In this document: positions 49,893 through 64,000 of the stretch, in pieces
Layout: every line of letters starts with the position of its first letter
Numbering within the stretch: position 1 is the stretch's first letter
Source of the DNA: Eledone cirrhosa
Lineage: Eukaryota
Length of the DNA stretch: 64,000 nucleotides
NCBI GenBank assembly: GCA_964016885.1
Contig: OZ024743.1
Span: forward strand, 37,138,001 to 37,202,000
Direction: 5' to 3'
The notes under the pieces: model-generated
What the model was told of the DNA's origin: nothing
Database searches by the model: none
The model's input: only the letters and a program-made list of their open reading frames with translations
Program-made: the position numbers and the translations under genes

Positions 49893-52800
49893 GTATATCT
49901 CGATAGAATCAGTAGTGAGGTGGTTACAGTGTAGGGAGGTGGTTACAGTGTATATCTCTATAGAATCAGTAGTGAGGTGGTTACAGTGTAGTGAGGTGGT
50001 TACAGTGTAGTGAGGTGGTTACAGTGTAGTGAGGTGGTTACAGTGTATATCTCTATAGAATCAGTAGTGAGGTGGTTACAGTGTAGTGAGGTGGTTACAG
50101 TGTATATCTCTATAGAATCAGTAGTGAGGTGGTTACAGTGTAGTGAGGTGGTTACAGTGTAGTGAGGTGGTTACAGTGTATATCTCTATAGAATCAGTAG
50201 TAAGGGTGTTACAGTGTAGTGAAGTGGTTACAGTGTAGTGAGGTGGTTACAGTGTATATCTCTATAGAATCAGTAGTGAGGGCGTTACAGTGTAGTGAAG
50301 TGGTTACAGTGTAGTGAGGTGGTTACAGTGTATATATCTATAGAATCAGTAGTGAGGTGGTTACAGTGTAGTGAGGTGGTTACAGTGTAGTGAGGTGGTT
50401 ACAGTGTAGTGAGGTGGTTACAGTGTAGTGAGGTGGTTACAGTGTAGTGAGGTGGTTACAGTGTAGTGAGGTGGTTACAGTGTATATCGCTATAGAATCA
50501 GTAGTGAGGGTGTTACAGTGTAGTGAGGTGGTTACAGTGTAGTGAGGTGGTTACAGTGTAGTGAGGTGGTTACAGTGTAGGGAGGTGGTTACAGTGTATA
50601 TCTCTATAGAATCAGTAGTGAGGGTGTTACAGTGTAGTGAGGTGGTTACAGTGTAGTGAGGTGGTTACAGTGTATATCTCTATAGAATCAGTAGTGAGGT
50701 GGTTACAGTGAAGTGAGGTGGTTACAGTGTAATGAGGTGGTTACAGTGTATATCTCTATAGAATCAGTAGTGAGGTGGTTACAGTGTAGTGAGGTGGTTA
50801 CAGTGTATATCTCTATAGAATCAGTAGTGAGGTGGTTACAGTGTAGTGAGGTGGTTACAGTGTAGTGAGGTGGTTACAGTGTATATCTCTATAGAATCAG
50901 TAGTGAGGGTGTTACAGTGTAGTGAGGTGGTTACAGTGTAGTGAGGTGGTTACAGTGTAGTGAGGTGGTTACAGTGTAGTGAGGTGGTTACAGTGTATAT
51001 CTCTATAGAATCAGTAGTGAGGTGGTTACAGTATAGTGAGGTGGTTACAGTGTATATCTCTATAGAATCAGTAGTGAGGTGGTTACAGTGTAGTGAGGTG
51101 GTTACAGTGTAGTGAGGTGGTTACAGTGTAGGGAGGTGGTTACAGTGTATATCTCTATAGAATCAGTAGTGAGGTGGTTACAGTGTAGTGAGGTGGTTAC
51201 AGTGTAGTGAGGTGGTTACAGTGTATATCTCTATAGAATCAGTAGTGAGGTGGTTACAGTGTAGTGAGGTGGTTACAGTGCATATCTCTATAGAATCAGT
51301 AGTGAGGGTGTTACAGTGTAGTGAGGTGGTTACAGTGTAGTGAGGTGGTTACAGTGTATATCTCTATAGAATCAGTAGTGAGGTGGTTACAGTGTAGTGA
51401 GGTGGTTACAGTGTAGTGAGGTGGTTACAGTGTAAATCTCTATAGAATCAGTAGTGAGGTGGTTACAGTGTAGTGAGGTGGTTACAGTGTATATCTCTAT
51501 ATAATCAGTAGTGAGGGGGTTACAGTGTAGTGAAGGGGTGACAGTGTAGTGAGGTGGTTACAGTGTATATCTCTATAGAATCAGTAGTGAGGTGGATACA
51601 GTGTATATCTCTATAGAATCAGTAGTGAGGTGGTTACAGTGTAGTGAGTTGGTTACAGTGTAGTGAGGTGGTTACAGTGTAGTGAGGTGGTTACAGTGTA
51701 TATCTCTATAGAATCAGTAGTGAGGAGGTTACAATGTAGTGAGGTGGTTACTGTGTAGTGAGGTGGTTACATTGTATATCTCTATAGAATCAGTAGTGAG
51801 GTGGATACAGTGTAGTGAGGTGGTTACAGTGTATATCTCTATAGAATCAGTAGTGAGGTGGTTACAGTGTAGTGAGGTGGTTCTGTGTAGGGAGGTGGTT
51901 ACAGTGTATATCTCTATAGAATCAGTAGTGAGGTGGTTACAGTGTAGTGAGGTGGTTCTGTGTAGGGAGGTGGTTACAGTGTATATCTCTATAGAATCAG
52001 TAGTGAGGTGGTTACAGTGTAGTGAGGTGGTTACATTGTATATCTCTATAGAATCAGTAGTAAGGGGGTTACAGTGTAGTGAGGTGGTTACAATGTATAT
52101 CTCTATAGAATCAGTAGTGAGGGTGTTACAGTGTAGTGAGGTGGTTACAGTGCATATCTCTATAGAATCAGTAGTGAGGGTGTTACAGTGTAGTGAGGTG
52201 GTTACAGTGTAGTGAGGTGGTTACAGTGTATATCTCTATAGAATCAGTAGTGAGGGCGTTACAATGTAGTGAGGTGGTTACAGTGTAGTGAGGTGGTTAC
52301 AGTGCACTGAGGTGGTTACAGTGTATACCTCTATAGAATCAGTAGGGAGGTGGATACAGTGTAGTGAGGTGGTTACAGTGTATATCTCTATAGAATCAGT
52401 AGTGAGGGGGTTACAGTGTAGTGAGGTGGTTCCAGTGTATATCTCTATAGAATCAGTAGTGAGGTGGTTTCAGTGTAGCGAGGTGGTTACTGTGTATATC
52501 TCTATAGAATCAGTAGTGAGGGGGTTACAGTGTAGGGAGGTGGTTACAGTGTATATCTCTATAGAATCAGTAGTGAGGGGGTTACAGTGTAGTGAGGTGG
52601 TTACAGTGTATATCTCTATAGAATCAGTAGTGAGGTGGTTACAGTGTAGTGAGGTGGTTACAGTGTATATCTCTATCGAATCAGTAGTGAGGGGGTTACA
52701 GTGTAGTGAGGTGGTTACAGTGTATATCTCTATAGAATCAGTAGTGAGGGGGTTACAGTGTAGTGAGGTGGTTACAGTGTATATCTCTATAGAATCAGTA

Positions 52801-53151
52801 GTGAGGTGGTTACAGTGTAGTGAGGTGGTTACAGTGTACTGAGGTGGTTACTGTGTATATCTCTATAGAATCAGTAGTGAGGAGGTTACAGTGTAGTGAG
52901 GTGGTTACTATGTAGTGAGGTGGTTACAGTGTATATCTCTATAGAATCAGTAGTGAGAGGGTTACAGTGTATGTCTCTATAGAATCAGTAGTGTGGTAGT
53001 TACTGTGTAGTGAGGTGGTTACAGTGTATATCTCTATAGAATCAGTAGTGAGAGGGTTACAGTGTATGTCTCTATAGAATCAGTAGTGTGGTAGTTACTG
53101 TGTATATCTCTATAGAATCAGTAGTGAGATGGTTACAGTATATATCTCTAT
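49893..53151 (+). repeat. Composite minisatellite of 19-bp and 38-bp units
   Basis: ACAGTGTAGTGAGGTGGTT interspersed with ACAGTGTATATCTCTATAGAATCAGTAGTGAGGTGGTT. Confidence 0.97.
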
Positions 53152-53381
53152 GGAGCTGGTAAAAATTGAACAAATTCATTAGTTCAATCAACAATAGTTC
53201 AATATGATCAGTGACTGAATGATCATCCAATCATCCAATAAAACATCACATATATCGATATAGCTCACGAATTAATTATGGTCATCAACACAAATTAATA
53301 CAGCGAACATAAAACAATTCATAATCAGGTAAGTCAGTAAAAAGACCAAAGAAAATGGTGATAATTACCTATATATATATA

Positions 53382-53486
<105 letters not shown>

Positions 53487-53912
53487 GGGGGAGGGGGAGT
53501 AAGCAGAAAATAAAACACAAGACACCGTGAAATACCAAGATATATATTAGTTTCACGCTTAATATAATAGGAAAAGTGTTGTCGCTTCGGAAGCTAGTCG
53601 TTCACCAGAAAATAGAATGAGAAATTAAAGAAGAAAGAGAAAGATAGAGGAGAGTGACCAAGGACAGAAACGAAATAAATGTCCTCGAAAAAAAGCAGGT
53701 CTGTTCATTTCACCACCTTTTGGAAAACTATATATATAATTGTTTCTACTCTTGGCACAAGGCCAGCAATTATCCCAGTGCATTACTGGTACTTTATTTT
53801 ATCGACTCCGTAGGAATGAAAGGCCAAGTTAACCTCAGCGGGATTTGAACTCAGATCATAAAGGGCCGTAACTCTATGCTACAAAGCATGGTGTCCGACT
53901 CTCTACCAATAT

Positions 53913-54513
<601 letters not shown>

Positions 54514-55043
54514 AGAGCATCGAGTGCTCAAACGGCCTACCGCATACGGACGTTTTAAGCATCCAACACCAATTATATATATATATATAAACTTTGGCGA
54601 GAAAGGAGAGTAAGAATTTATTGGCTTTAACATATGTTTCTGTGTCAAGTATAATAGTCTATATATGGTGACTACAATATATTCTTCAATCATATACAAT
54701 ACTTTATCATACGTCTTCAGAAAGCTAAAATTGTTTGTGGTAGTGTCCTATACATATATACAGTATATATATATATATATATATATGTATATACACTATT
54801 ACCCATACACGTATCATGTATTGCTCTACCTTAGGCATCACGGCTTTGGTAAGGCAGCAACTACAGACTGTAAACGACTGTGCAGAATTCACGAAGCAGC
54901 AGTACAAGACTTGAAACCTGAAGTAGCGCAGGACATGTTACGTGTATGAATCATAATATTAAATTAGCTCTCTAACACTTGATGGTGTACGTTTTTCCTT
55001 TTTCCTTCCCACGGATATTTTCGGTATGCACACACACACGCAG

Positions 55044-55081
<38 letters not shown>

Positions 55082-55096
55082 GCTCTCTCTCTTTCT

Positions 55097-55186
<90 letters not shown>

Positions 55187-55767
55187 ACACACACTGGAAA
55201 GAAAAGTAGCAGCGATTTCAAAGGTCAAGAATGGTTACTTTATCACCAACCAAGCTGACACTTCGAAGTCACTGTCATTTTTACACGATTAGAATGATTA
55301 TTCAGTTAATATTTGAATATTTTAAGTAGAATGGTATTTTTTACCCCCACCCCTCTGTCTATATACAATAGAATGGTATTATGTCGAAAATGGAAGGGGA
55401 TGACAATTAAAGTAACGTACTCAATGTATCAGGTAGAGAGCGCGTTCTGACAAATTAACCACCGGATGAAAGAGTACTAAGCATATTAGTATAACTGTTA
55501 TACTAAGTTATTAGTATAACTGTTATAAGGATGCTAGGAAAGGGTCTTACAAGTTTCGGACGCTAGTCCTCCAGCGAAAGGTAGATATACAAGTTTCGGA
55601 CGCTAGTCCAGCGAAAGGTAGATATATAGAGAGAAGAGCGGATGTTTTGGAAAGAGAAGACAACGGAAGACAGGTGAGAGCAAAACAATGAAATATATAT
55701 ATAGGCGTTAGACTAATTTTATTTCTGTCTACCTTTTACACACACACACACACATACACACGCACGC

Positions 55768-55960
<193 letters not shown>

Positions 55961-55976
55961 CACATATATATCATTA

Positions 55977-56314
55977 TCTATAAAAGGCAGATTGTTGTGT
56001 GTGTGTGTGCGTGTTCCATGTTTATACATTTGCACAATTTCAAACTGATTCGACTCAAAGTCTGTATGAATGTTGTAAATGGTCTAACTAGGTCAACGAC
56101 TATTTATTTTCTTCCAACTCACTCACAATTACGGAAATAATCGATAAAACTAAATACATGATGCTTTACCCCTCCAATACAATCTGATTTCCTCTCTCTA
56201 CTCACCTTAAAATTCGATAAACTACATACATGCTGCAACTTTCTCTTATATACACTTAAACCACTCCTTACAAACTTCCTTTAGGAACTCGGAAGAAAGA
56301 AGAGAGAAAGAAAT

Positions 56315-56377
<63 letters not shown>

Positions 56378-57071
56378 TTTGTTTTTGAGTGTGGAACGGT
56401 CAAACATTTATTTACTTCAATGCAGCGAAGAGAACTTATTACATTTCATACCAAACAACAATTATTCAAAAGCAACAGATAAATTTATTCAACAACAAAA
56501 AAAAAAAAAAATACCGATAAATCTTTTTTAAAACATCTCTCAACGAACGTGGAAGAAAGAAGTATCAGTTTATTTACTATACACAATAATATCCTCTATG
56601 AGGTCACTAAACCTGCTAGAAACAGCAGCTAACTCTCCCCCATATCACACCCCTCCCTACAGTCTTAAATTTAGAAAACACATATCCTCTATGAGGTCAC
56701 TAAACCTGCTAGAAACAGCAGCTAACCCTCCTCCACATCACATCCCTCCCTACTGTCTTAAATTTAGAAAACACACATTAGACAACCATGCAGAACAACT
56801 CCATCGCAGCTCTGTTGTTCGGCTGGCATCGTCTATGCGCGTGTTGCGCAAGTACTGTGAAACAATACATTTCAACAATTCTTTGCACAGAGATAATATC
56901 CATAGGCGAAACTACAATTGTCACTGCTGACGCATCTCCTGCTTCGGCAGTCCAGGTCTGCAATTCATTCACCCAGTGCCTGGCAGACAAAAAAGTGCTG
57001 CCATAAAATGGGTGGTGCAACATAACTTTGGTAACTTACTGACCCCGAGCAACGCCGGGCTTTAATGTCAG
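55977..57071 (+). mobile_element. Non-autonomous Helitron-like element
   Basis: A|TCTATAAAAGGCAG..(TG)n start; subterminal hairpin CCCGAGCAACGCCGGG then ..TCAG|T. Confidence 0.55.
56590..56775 (+). repeat. Tandem duplication of about 93 bp
   Basis: ATATCCTCTATGAGGTCACTAAACCTGCTAGAAACAGCAGC..TTAAATTTAGAAAACAC twice. Confidence 0.9.
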
Positions 57072-57084
57072 TATATATATATAT

Positions 57085-58803
57085 ATGTAGTAATAATAAT
57101 AAATGTGAAGACTAAAATCCGAAGGGGGATCGATAAGGATAATATATATATAAACATATATAAAAACCATAGAGCAAATATTTATTAAAATAAATAGATA
57201 GGAAAATAGATAGGAAAATAAAAGAAAGGAAAGAGGAGGAGATAAAGAAAAAAGAAAGAGAAGAAAGGAAAAAAGAATAAAAAAAGGAAAAGAGAGAGAG
57301 AGAGACTTTTGATCAGGAACGCTGTCAAAATGAAAACAGCTGTAAATAACGGTTAAAAAGTAAATTGATGAGGTGTATGTGCGAATATTATAGACGGTAT
57401 TCAAATATTAGATGTCTAAATATAGAAACTGGGTATATTATTTTATATTGGGTTTAAATACTGAAAATTGGATTAAGAAGTGTAAAAATGTATTAATAAA
57501 ATAAAATAAAACAAATATAAAAAAAGATTTTTATAAAATAAAATAAAAATAAAAATAGTCTATGTCAAAATTAATAATTTCTAGTAAAAATCTATATATG
57601 TGGGGTATACTGATTAATTTTTATTTTATATCAACAAGTAAATCAAGGAAATTGCTAGAAAGATTTATAAACGTAGAAAAACATATGACGTCATAATTTG
57701 TTTACAAAATCTACGAAGGTTTGAGCGAAAATCTAAGGCTATAGAAAAAAAGATCAAAGATGAGAAAACCAAATTAAAACATTGTAGAATATAATGTAAG
57801 ATGTGTAAAGATAAGCTTGACTCGTGGAATATGTTATAGGACATCAGCTATATACTTTGTGAAAGGACTTGTAGGATTACAAAGTCCAAATAAATCGGTT
57901 CTTCGATTTATTATTGTGTTGAAATTCGAGATAATGGTAAATTTTTCAACTAGACATAAATTACAAACACTAGAAATGGAAGCATTGGAGTATGGAGATG
58001 CGTTGTAGATTTTACGCCAAGAAATTTCGCAATTAACCATCTTTTAATTTCTTCTTTATTATATATACTCCAGTTCTACCAACTGTTGAGTGCTACTTAT
58101 CTGATATATGCATAGTTTTATTGTTCTACAATATTACTCAGCTTCTACACACATATATATATATATGTATATGTGTGTGTGTGTCATATATATATATATT
58201 TATTAAAATAACAGATTAAAGTTTAAGCAAAGAATTGCTGCTTTCACCCTTAACGGGATCTTCTGAAACTAACAAAGTCAATCTGTAAACGCAGAAGTGG
58301 ATATTTCAAAAAACATTGCAACCATTTACGTGGTTTTGTCTTTGCGTGCTATTGTTCTCCACGTTCCACATATGACGTATTATCTTCGTTTTTTCGTTCA
58401 TTGCCAGAGAACGTCTCTATGCACCACCTAAGAGAACATTAGTCTACGACCTCTTTTATACCATAAACGTGGTTCTGTCTTTGCGCGTAATTGTTTTTCA
58501 CTGCTCCTATTAATGACGTATTATTCGTTTTTTCCCGTTCTTTGCCAGCGAACGTTTCCACGAACCAAAGTATCGTCTTCCTGTCTTCCTCCGGTTGCAA
58601 CATTTTTTGAAATATCCACTTCTGCGTTTACAGATTGACTTTGTTAGTTTCAGAAGATCCCGTTAAGGGTGAAAGCAGCGATTCTTTGCTTAAACTTTAA
58701 TCTGTTATTTTAATAAATATTTGCTCTACGGTTCTTATATATTTGATATATATTTATCCTTATCGAGCTCTCTTTGGATTTTAGTCTTCAAATTTATTAT
58801 TAT

Positions 58804-58810
<7 letters not shown>
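57085..58810. mobile_element. Decayed Penelope-like (Neptune) element with nested inverted repeats
   Basis: - 57834-58040 ISWRKI..PYS..CNLCLVEKFTI..INRRTDLFGLC. Termini match the 32040/33590 segments in inverted orientation. Internal IR 58200-58323 / 58592-58720. Confidence 0.75.
58631..58704 (+). ncRNA. Atypical hammerhead-like motif (CAGAAGA core); further copies at 58212-58285 (-) and 24879-24936 (-)
   Basis: AGUUU-CAGAAGA-UCCCguuaaGGGU-GAAA-GCA..UGC-UU^-AAACU, plus outer helix CAGAUUGA/UUAAUCUG; lies in the Penelope 3' region. Confidence 0.5.
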
Positions 58811-58884
<74 letters not shown>

Positions 58885-59111
58885 TATGTGTGTGTGTTTT
58901 TAATATATATCCAATTATTGTCAACTTTCTCCTTGCGTTCGTTTTTCCTTCTAGTTTTCTTTCTTTCTCCATCGTCTTATGAAAGGCGAAACCCGAAATA
59001 TTTTGTACTGACTTTCTCTCACATCTCAACGTTAAACTATTCTCAATTTTTACCATATTCCCATTTGTTTTTGTTTCTCCTGTTTTTACTGTATATAGAG
59101 TGAAATGACCG

Positions 59112-59161
59112 CTACAGGACTAGAACTGTTTCATTCGAATGAAACAGTTCTAGTCCTGTAG
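59112..59161. repeat. Perfect 50-bp palindrome
   Basis: CTACAGGACTAGAACTGTTTCATTC|GAATGAAACAGTTCTAGTCCTGTAG. Confidence 0.95.
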
Positions 59162-59373
59162 AAGCCAATTCTCTATATATAATAAAGATATCTATACTCT
59201 ATCAATGTACTGAGAACCATTTTTTACTGTGGTTACCCGCCTCCTCCGACACAACTCGGGGATCTACACACACATATATATATATATATATACATAATGA
59301 AGGAAGTGTGGTAAGGAACTAGGTGGACCATAACGCACCGGAATACTCGATACTATGGGTAGTAGAGTGGGTA

Positions 59374-59498
59374 ATAGGAAAAGAGTCAGGACCCCGACGG
59401 CTGAGCTCCTGCCGTTTCGACAGCTAGTTCTGAACGCGTTCAGAACTAACTGTCGAAACGGCAGGAGCTCAGCCGTCGGGTCCTGACTCTTTTCCTAT
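59374..59498. repeat. Near-perfect 125-bp palindrome
   Basis: ATAGGAAAAGAGTCAGGACCC..GAACG|CGTTC..GGGTCCTGACTCTTTTCCTAT. Confidence 0.95.
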
Positions 59499-59986
59499 AT
59501 ATACATACACATATTTAAAGTAAGTGTTTGAGAGAAGAAGACGCAGGAATGAATTGGCAAGTTTTGAATGCGATTAGAAAAATAGAGGAATGTAGAAAAC
59601 AAACACAAGATTTAAATAAAGACGTCCATTTAAAATTCCGAGACTTGGATTAAGTTGTCAGACAGTATCCAAGTCTATATTTTCATGTCAGATCCTCCGA
59701 CAGCATCATAGACTCTCTCTCTGTGTATGTGTGTGTGTTTGTGCGTGTTTGTGAGTGTCTGTAAACTTGTGTATGTGTGTTTGTGTAATGTTGTGCGCGC
59801 GTCTGCCTCTAAAATTGTGTGGATTTGTATGTCTGTGTCTGTACGCTTGTTATATGTTTGCATGTATATCTTTCTGTCTGTAACGTTGTGTATGTGTATG
59901 TAAGGTTATGTTAGTGTTTGTGTGCTATATATAAAACACACAAACACAAACATAACCTTACATACTTACATACATATATATATATG

Positions 59987-60066
<80 letters not shown>

Positions 60067-60067
60067 C

Positions 60068-60101
<34 letters not shown>

Positions 60102-61067
60102 TATACATATTGTACATGTATATATATATATGTGTGTGTGTTTATAATATATACATATATACATACACACATACACACACACACAGACACACAGACACAC
60201 AGACACACACACACGCACACATATATTACATATATATGTTTACCCAATTTATTTAACCTATTTTCACCCCCACCCTCACCAACACGGGCATTTCTGTAAC
60301 GGGGAAAACTTAAAATTGTGACCAAACAAAGATGTCTGACAAATGCAACTCCATCACCAAAAACACAAACACAACAAATGTCTATAAAAGACGTTTGAAC
60401 AAATTTCTCCTTTTCTCTTTCTCTCTCTCTCTGCTCATCCCTATCCCCACTCCCTCTCTTTGTTTCTTTTTCTGGTTACTTTATTCGCAAACCTATTATA
60501 CAGTACAAACACATTTATATAATACTTATTTTGTATTATTTCCTAACATAGAATAAAACCAAGAACGGATACTGTTTTTTGTTTGGTCTCAAAGTCGGAT
60601 GGTATCGATTTGGTCTCACTAAGTTAATAATTCTTGAACGATGCCAACAAACGAAATTACAAAAACAATAACAACACCCATAAAAACTATCCCTCCACAA
60701 TCCACCCAAAAGAAAACATAAAAAAACATCAAAACCAAACCTAATACGATATTTATACAGGTGATCGATGTGATGTTTATTGAGGACTTTAAAATAAATA
60801 GACTCATATAGAACAATATAAAGAAAACAATGTCTTGCCTTTCTATAAAATGGTATTGTCAATTGAGAGATGTTCCATCAGCAGCAACAGCAGTCAGGTA
60901 TAGAGATAACCTTCAATGACTATAATGAAGTGAAATCATTCCCCGGGGTTGATAAATAAAGTACCAGTGAAGTATTAGGGTTTAATCAATTTTGCCCTTC
61001 CTTCATATTTACTGGCTTTGTGCCATTAATATATTGGGGTGGAGTTATTTTATTCTTTTATTATTTT

Positions 61068-61697
61068 ATTAGCCGAATTACCTGCGCCTTGCTGCGTTTT
61101 ACACATTTTTTTTTTGTAAGAAAATGATGATTGATTTTAAATCAGTGATATCATTTATGGAGAAAAACTCTGCATTTCAATATTACTCAATGTAAAAAGT
61201 AATGCATGAAAAATTGGAAAACATTATTTTTTGTAATATATCAAATCAAAATTACATTATTAAATCTTATTCTTATTTTGTTTCTTGTAAATAATTTTTT
61301 TTCAAATATCAATTCAAAACTTCATCAATTCATTTTTGTGTAAAGCATTATTTTCAAAGTTCCAATACTCAAGTTATGGGCTTCCAAAATGTTCACTATA
61401 GGGGGTTTAACCCCTATTAGGGTGTCTTAATATTATTGAAGTTTGCTGAAATTTTGTGAAAAGGCATCATTTCTTGTCATTTACCTATAGTTTAAATTTC
61501 ATATAAATCGAAGGGAAAACATATTCATCGGGGCATTGTGCCCCCAGAGAACCCTTTGATTAAAATGAAACATACTTATCTAAGTACCCTGGGCAATGTA
61601 GTTTCAGAATATATATGGTTATGGGGGTCTATCTCCAAAACCATGGGAGGAGTTCGTGAACAAAGAAACAGGCAGGAACTACAACTTTATATATATT
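61068..61697 (-). mobile_element. Non-autonomous Helitron-like element
   Basis: Minus strand starts ATATATAAAGTTG..; ends with hairpin CGCAGCAAGGCG then ..GGCTAA|T. Confidence 0.45.
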
Positions 61698-61934
61698 AGT
61701 TTCTTTCACGAGACTGCGACCTTTGTGGGGCTTCACCATGATTTAGTGGATCATATCGACCGAAGAACATCTTTTCAAGTTTAGTAATTATTTTATCGAT
61801 CACTTTTTGTCGTACTGCTCGTTACAAGGCAGAAAAACGGATGTAAATATAGACACACACGCACACATACACATACACACACGCATACATACATATACGC
61901 ACACTCGTACACACACACACACACACACACACAG

Positions 61935-61996
<62 letters not shown>

Positions 61997-61998
<2 letters not shown>

Positions 61999-63005
61999 CA
62001 TCATCACCATCATCATAATCATCATCATTTTACGTCCGCTCTTCCCTGCTTGCAAGGGTGGGACGGGTCTTATTCAGCACAGCATCTCTCCACTTGTCAC
62101 GGTCCTTCGTCATCTCTACCGTGAGCTTCAGCGATCTGAGGTCTGTTCTCACCACCTCTGCCCATGTTTTTCGTAGTCTACCTCTACCACGTCTTCCTTC
62201 AACTGGCATTTCCTGGCACTTCTTCACCCATCGGTCATCCTCCATGCGCATCACATATCCATACCACCTCAGTCTCCTCTCCCGTACACTACATTCTTTC
62301 CCTCTCAGACACAGTTTCTCTCTCAACACATTCATGCTGGGTCGTTCACGCACATTGACAATGCACATCCAACGGAGCATGCTTGCCTCATTTCTCTCCA
62401 GCCGTCGCATATCCTCTGCAGTTGCTGCCCATGTCTCACTACCATGCAGCATCGCGCTCCTCACACAGGCATCATATAACCGGCCTTTCGTACGCAGGGA
62501 GAAACCCTTCTTCGTCAGCAGAGGAAGCAGCTCCCTAAATTTCTTCCAACCCGTCCTTATTCTAGATACTATGGCCTCGGAACACCCCCCTCCCATCCTA
62601 ATCTGATCTCCTAGGTACCGGAAACTATCCACCACTTCTATAGCACCGCCTGCATTTGAAAAATGTGTCTATCAATGCGACTTCTACTGTCTAATTTCCT
62701 TGTACATCTACTGCATACATATTTCTCCCTACCTGTTAGTTTGCCTGCTATCCCGCTACATCTCTTGTGTACCCAGGATCTGCATTGTGTGCATTTCTGC
62801 ATATCAAACATGGCCATTTCCCTGACGGAATCAGAATTTTGTCCTCTTTTCTACTCATCAACACTTTTGTCTTAGCTAGGTTCACTCTCAGTCCTCTTGC
62901 TCCCAACTGCTGTTTCCATAGCCAGAATTTATTCTCTAGCTCCTCTACTGATTCTGCTATAAGAACCAGATCGTCAGCATAGAGAAGTTCCCATGGACTG
63001 CCAGT

Positions 63006-63008
<3 letters not shown>
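61997..63008 (-). mobile_element. RTE LINE 3' fragment with internal deletion
   Basis: GSPWELLYADD near 62965-63000; VDSFRYLGD..RTGWKKFRELLPLL..ERRLRWYG; (CAT)n tail; TA tracts on both sides. Confidence 0.9.
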
Positions 63009-63054
<46 letters not shown>

Positions 63055-63109
63055 GATGGACGAACGAGAATCTGAACAACCTATTTAGTTAATTCAGTTT
63101 GTATGATTG

Positions 63110-63875
63110 TATCAGGAATGACATTTTAGGCCTGCCAAGTATTTTCAAGGAAGTCCACAGATCGTGCAAGGGTGAGGTTTACTGGATAATGTTGTTGGTA
63201 TGTTTGATAATGCTTTTCTCTTTCTTCTTGTATCCTATGGATACAGCCAGTCTGAAAGTTCCTGATCCCATTATGACACACAGATCTCAAGTTTACTTGC
63301 TCAAATGTCTTAAGGTTTTGGTTCCTGAAAGATTCCCCTTCGAGCTTGTCTGTGTATCGGAGACATGAACGTCCAACATTTCTACACCAACCATCAAGCA
63401 GGCTCTACATGAGGAGTTTTGGTATTATTTTGTCACTCATTCTGATGACATGACCAGCCCAGCATAGTTATCATTTCATAAGAAAGGTTTCACTGCCTCC
63501 AAACTTGCACTTAGTGAAGAGGTCAGCGTTAGATATTTTGTCTTCAAAGTGTATCCACAGATTACGCGAAGAAATTCTTTATGAAAAACGTCTAGCTGGT
63601 TGATGCCTGACGTATATGGAGTCCAAGATTCTGATCCACATCAGAGTATGGTCAGTACAACAGCTTTATAAACCTGTATCTACGGTCCAGTTTTATACCC
63701 TCTCATTCCAAAGGCGATGACGGAGCTTGCTAAATGCACTCGTGTCTTTCCCTATACGATTAATTATCTTGTCTTCGAGGGATTCATTTCTGTTAATCTT
63801 ACTTCCAAGATATGTGAACTATTTCATATACTTGAGATTATTGCCACCGACTTTTATAGGGGTATCTGGGAACCG
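63110..63875 (-). mobile_element. Decayed RTE LINE 3' fragment
   Basis: Minus-strand FTYLGSKINRN..IINRIGK..SAFSKLRHRLWN; terminal CTIC..GL..H remnant. Confidence 0.7.
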
Positions 63876-64000
63876 TGTGTGTTGGTGGATTGGCAGTATC
63901 GGTAGAGGGTCGGGCGCCATGATTTGAAGCATAGAGTTACCTCCCTTTATGATCTGAGTTCAAATCCCGCCGAGGTTAACTTTGCCTTTCATCCTTACGG

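Noticed and set aside
49893-53151. CRISPR-like array or repeat-protein gene
   Set aside because: The intervening units are identical rather than unique spacers, there are no cas genes and the DNA is eukaryotic. The ORFs arise only where 57-bp units alternate.

Overview
AT-rich, microsatellite-dense animal genomic DNA with one 200-N gap (4928-5127). The SINE and LINE repertoire suggests a cephalopod, probably Octopus (inference). The only host gene I can build is a spliced multi-CRD galectin on the + strand: 8 coding exons at 8641-20767, three tandem CRDs, with the 5' exon(s) not found. The rest is mobile DNA. It includes three Tx1-clade LINEs (one in (ATCT)n, two full-length in tandem in (TTA)n) and two R4/Dong-like RLE LINE copies in the same (TTA)n tract. 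There are also RTE and CR1-group LINE fragments, Neptune-type Penelope fragments, Helitrons, piggyBac-type MITEs, tRNA-derived SINEs and a 3.2-kb 19/38-bp composite minisatellite. The most notable signals are (i) a set of hammerhead-ribozyme motifs, some with variant cores, sitting in fold-back elements, (ii) a 15-kb stack of microsatellite-targeting retrotransposons from two unrelated clades, including an apparent ORF1 swap, and (iii) a linker-less galectin with at least three CRDs, all lacking the last canonical Arg. All alignments and folds were done by eye; repeat boundaries are approximate.
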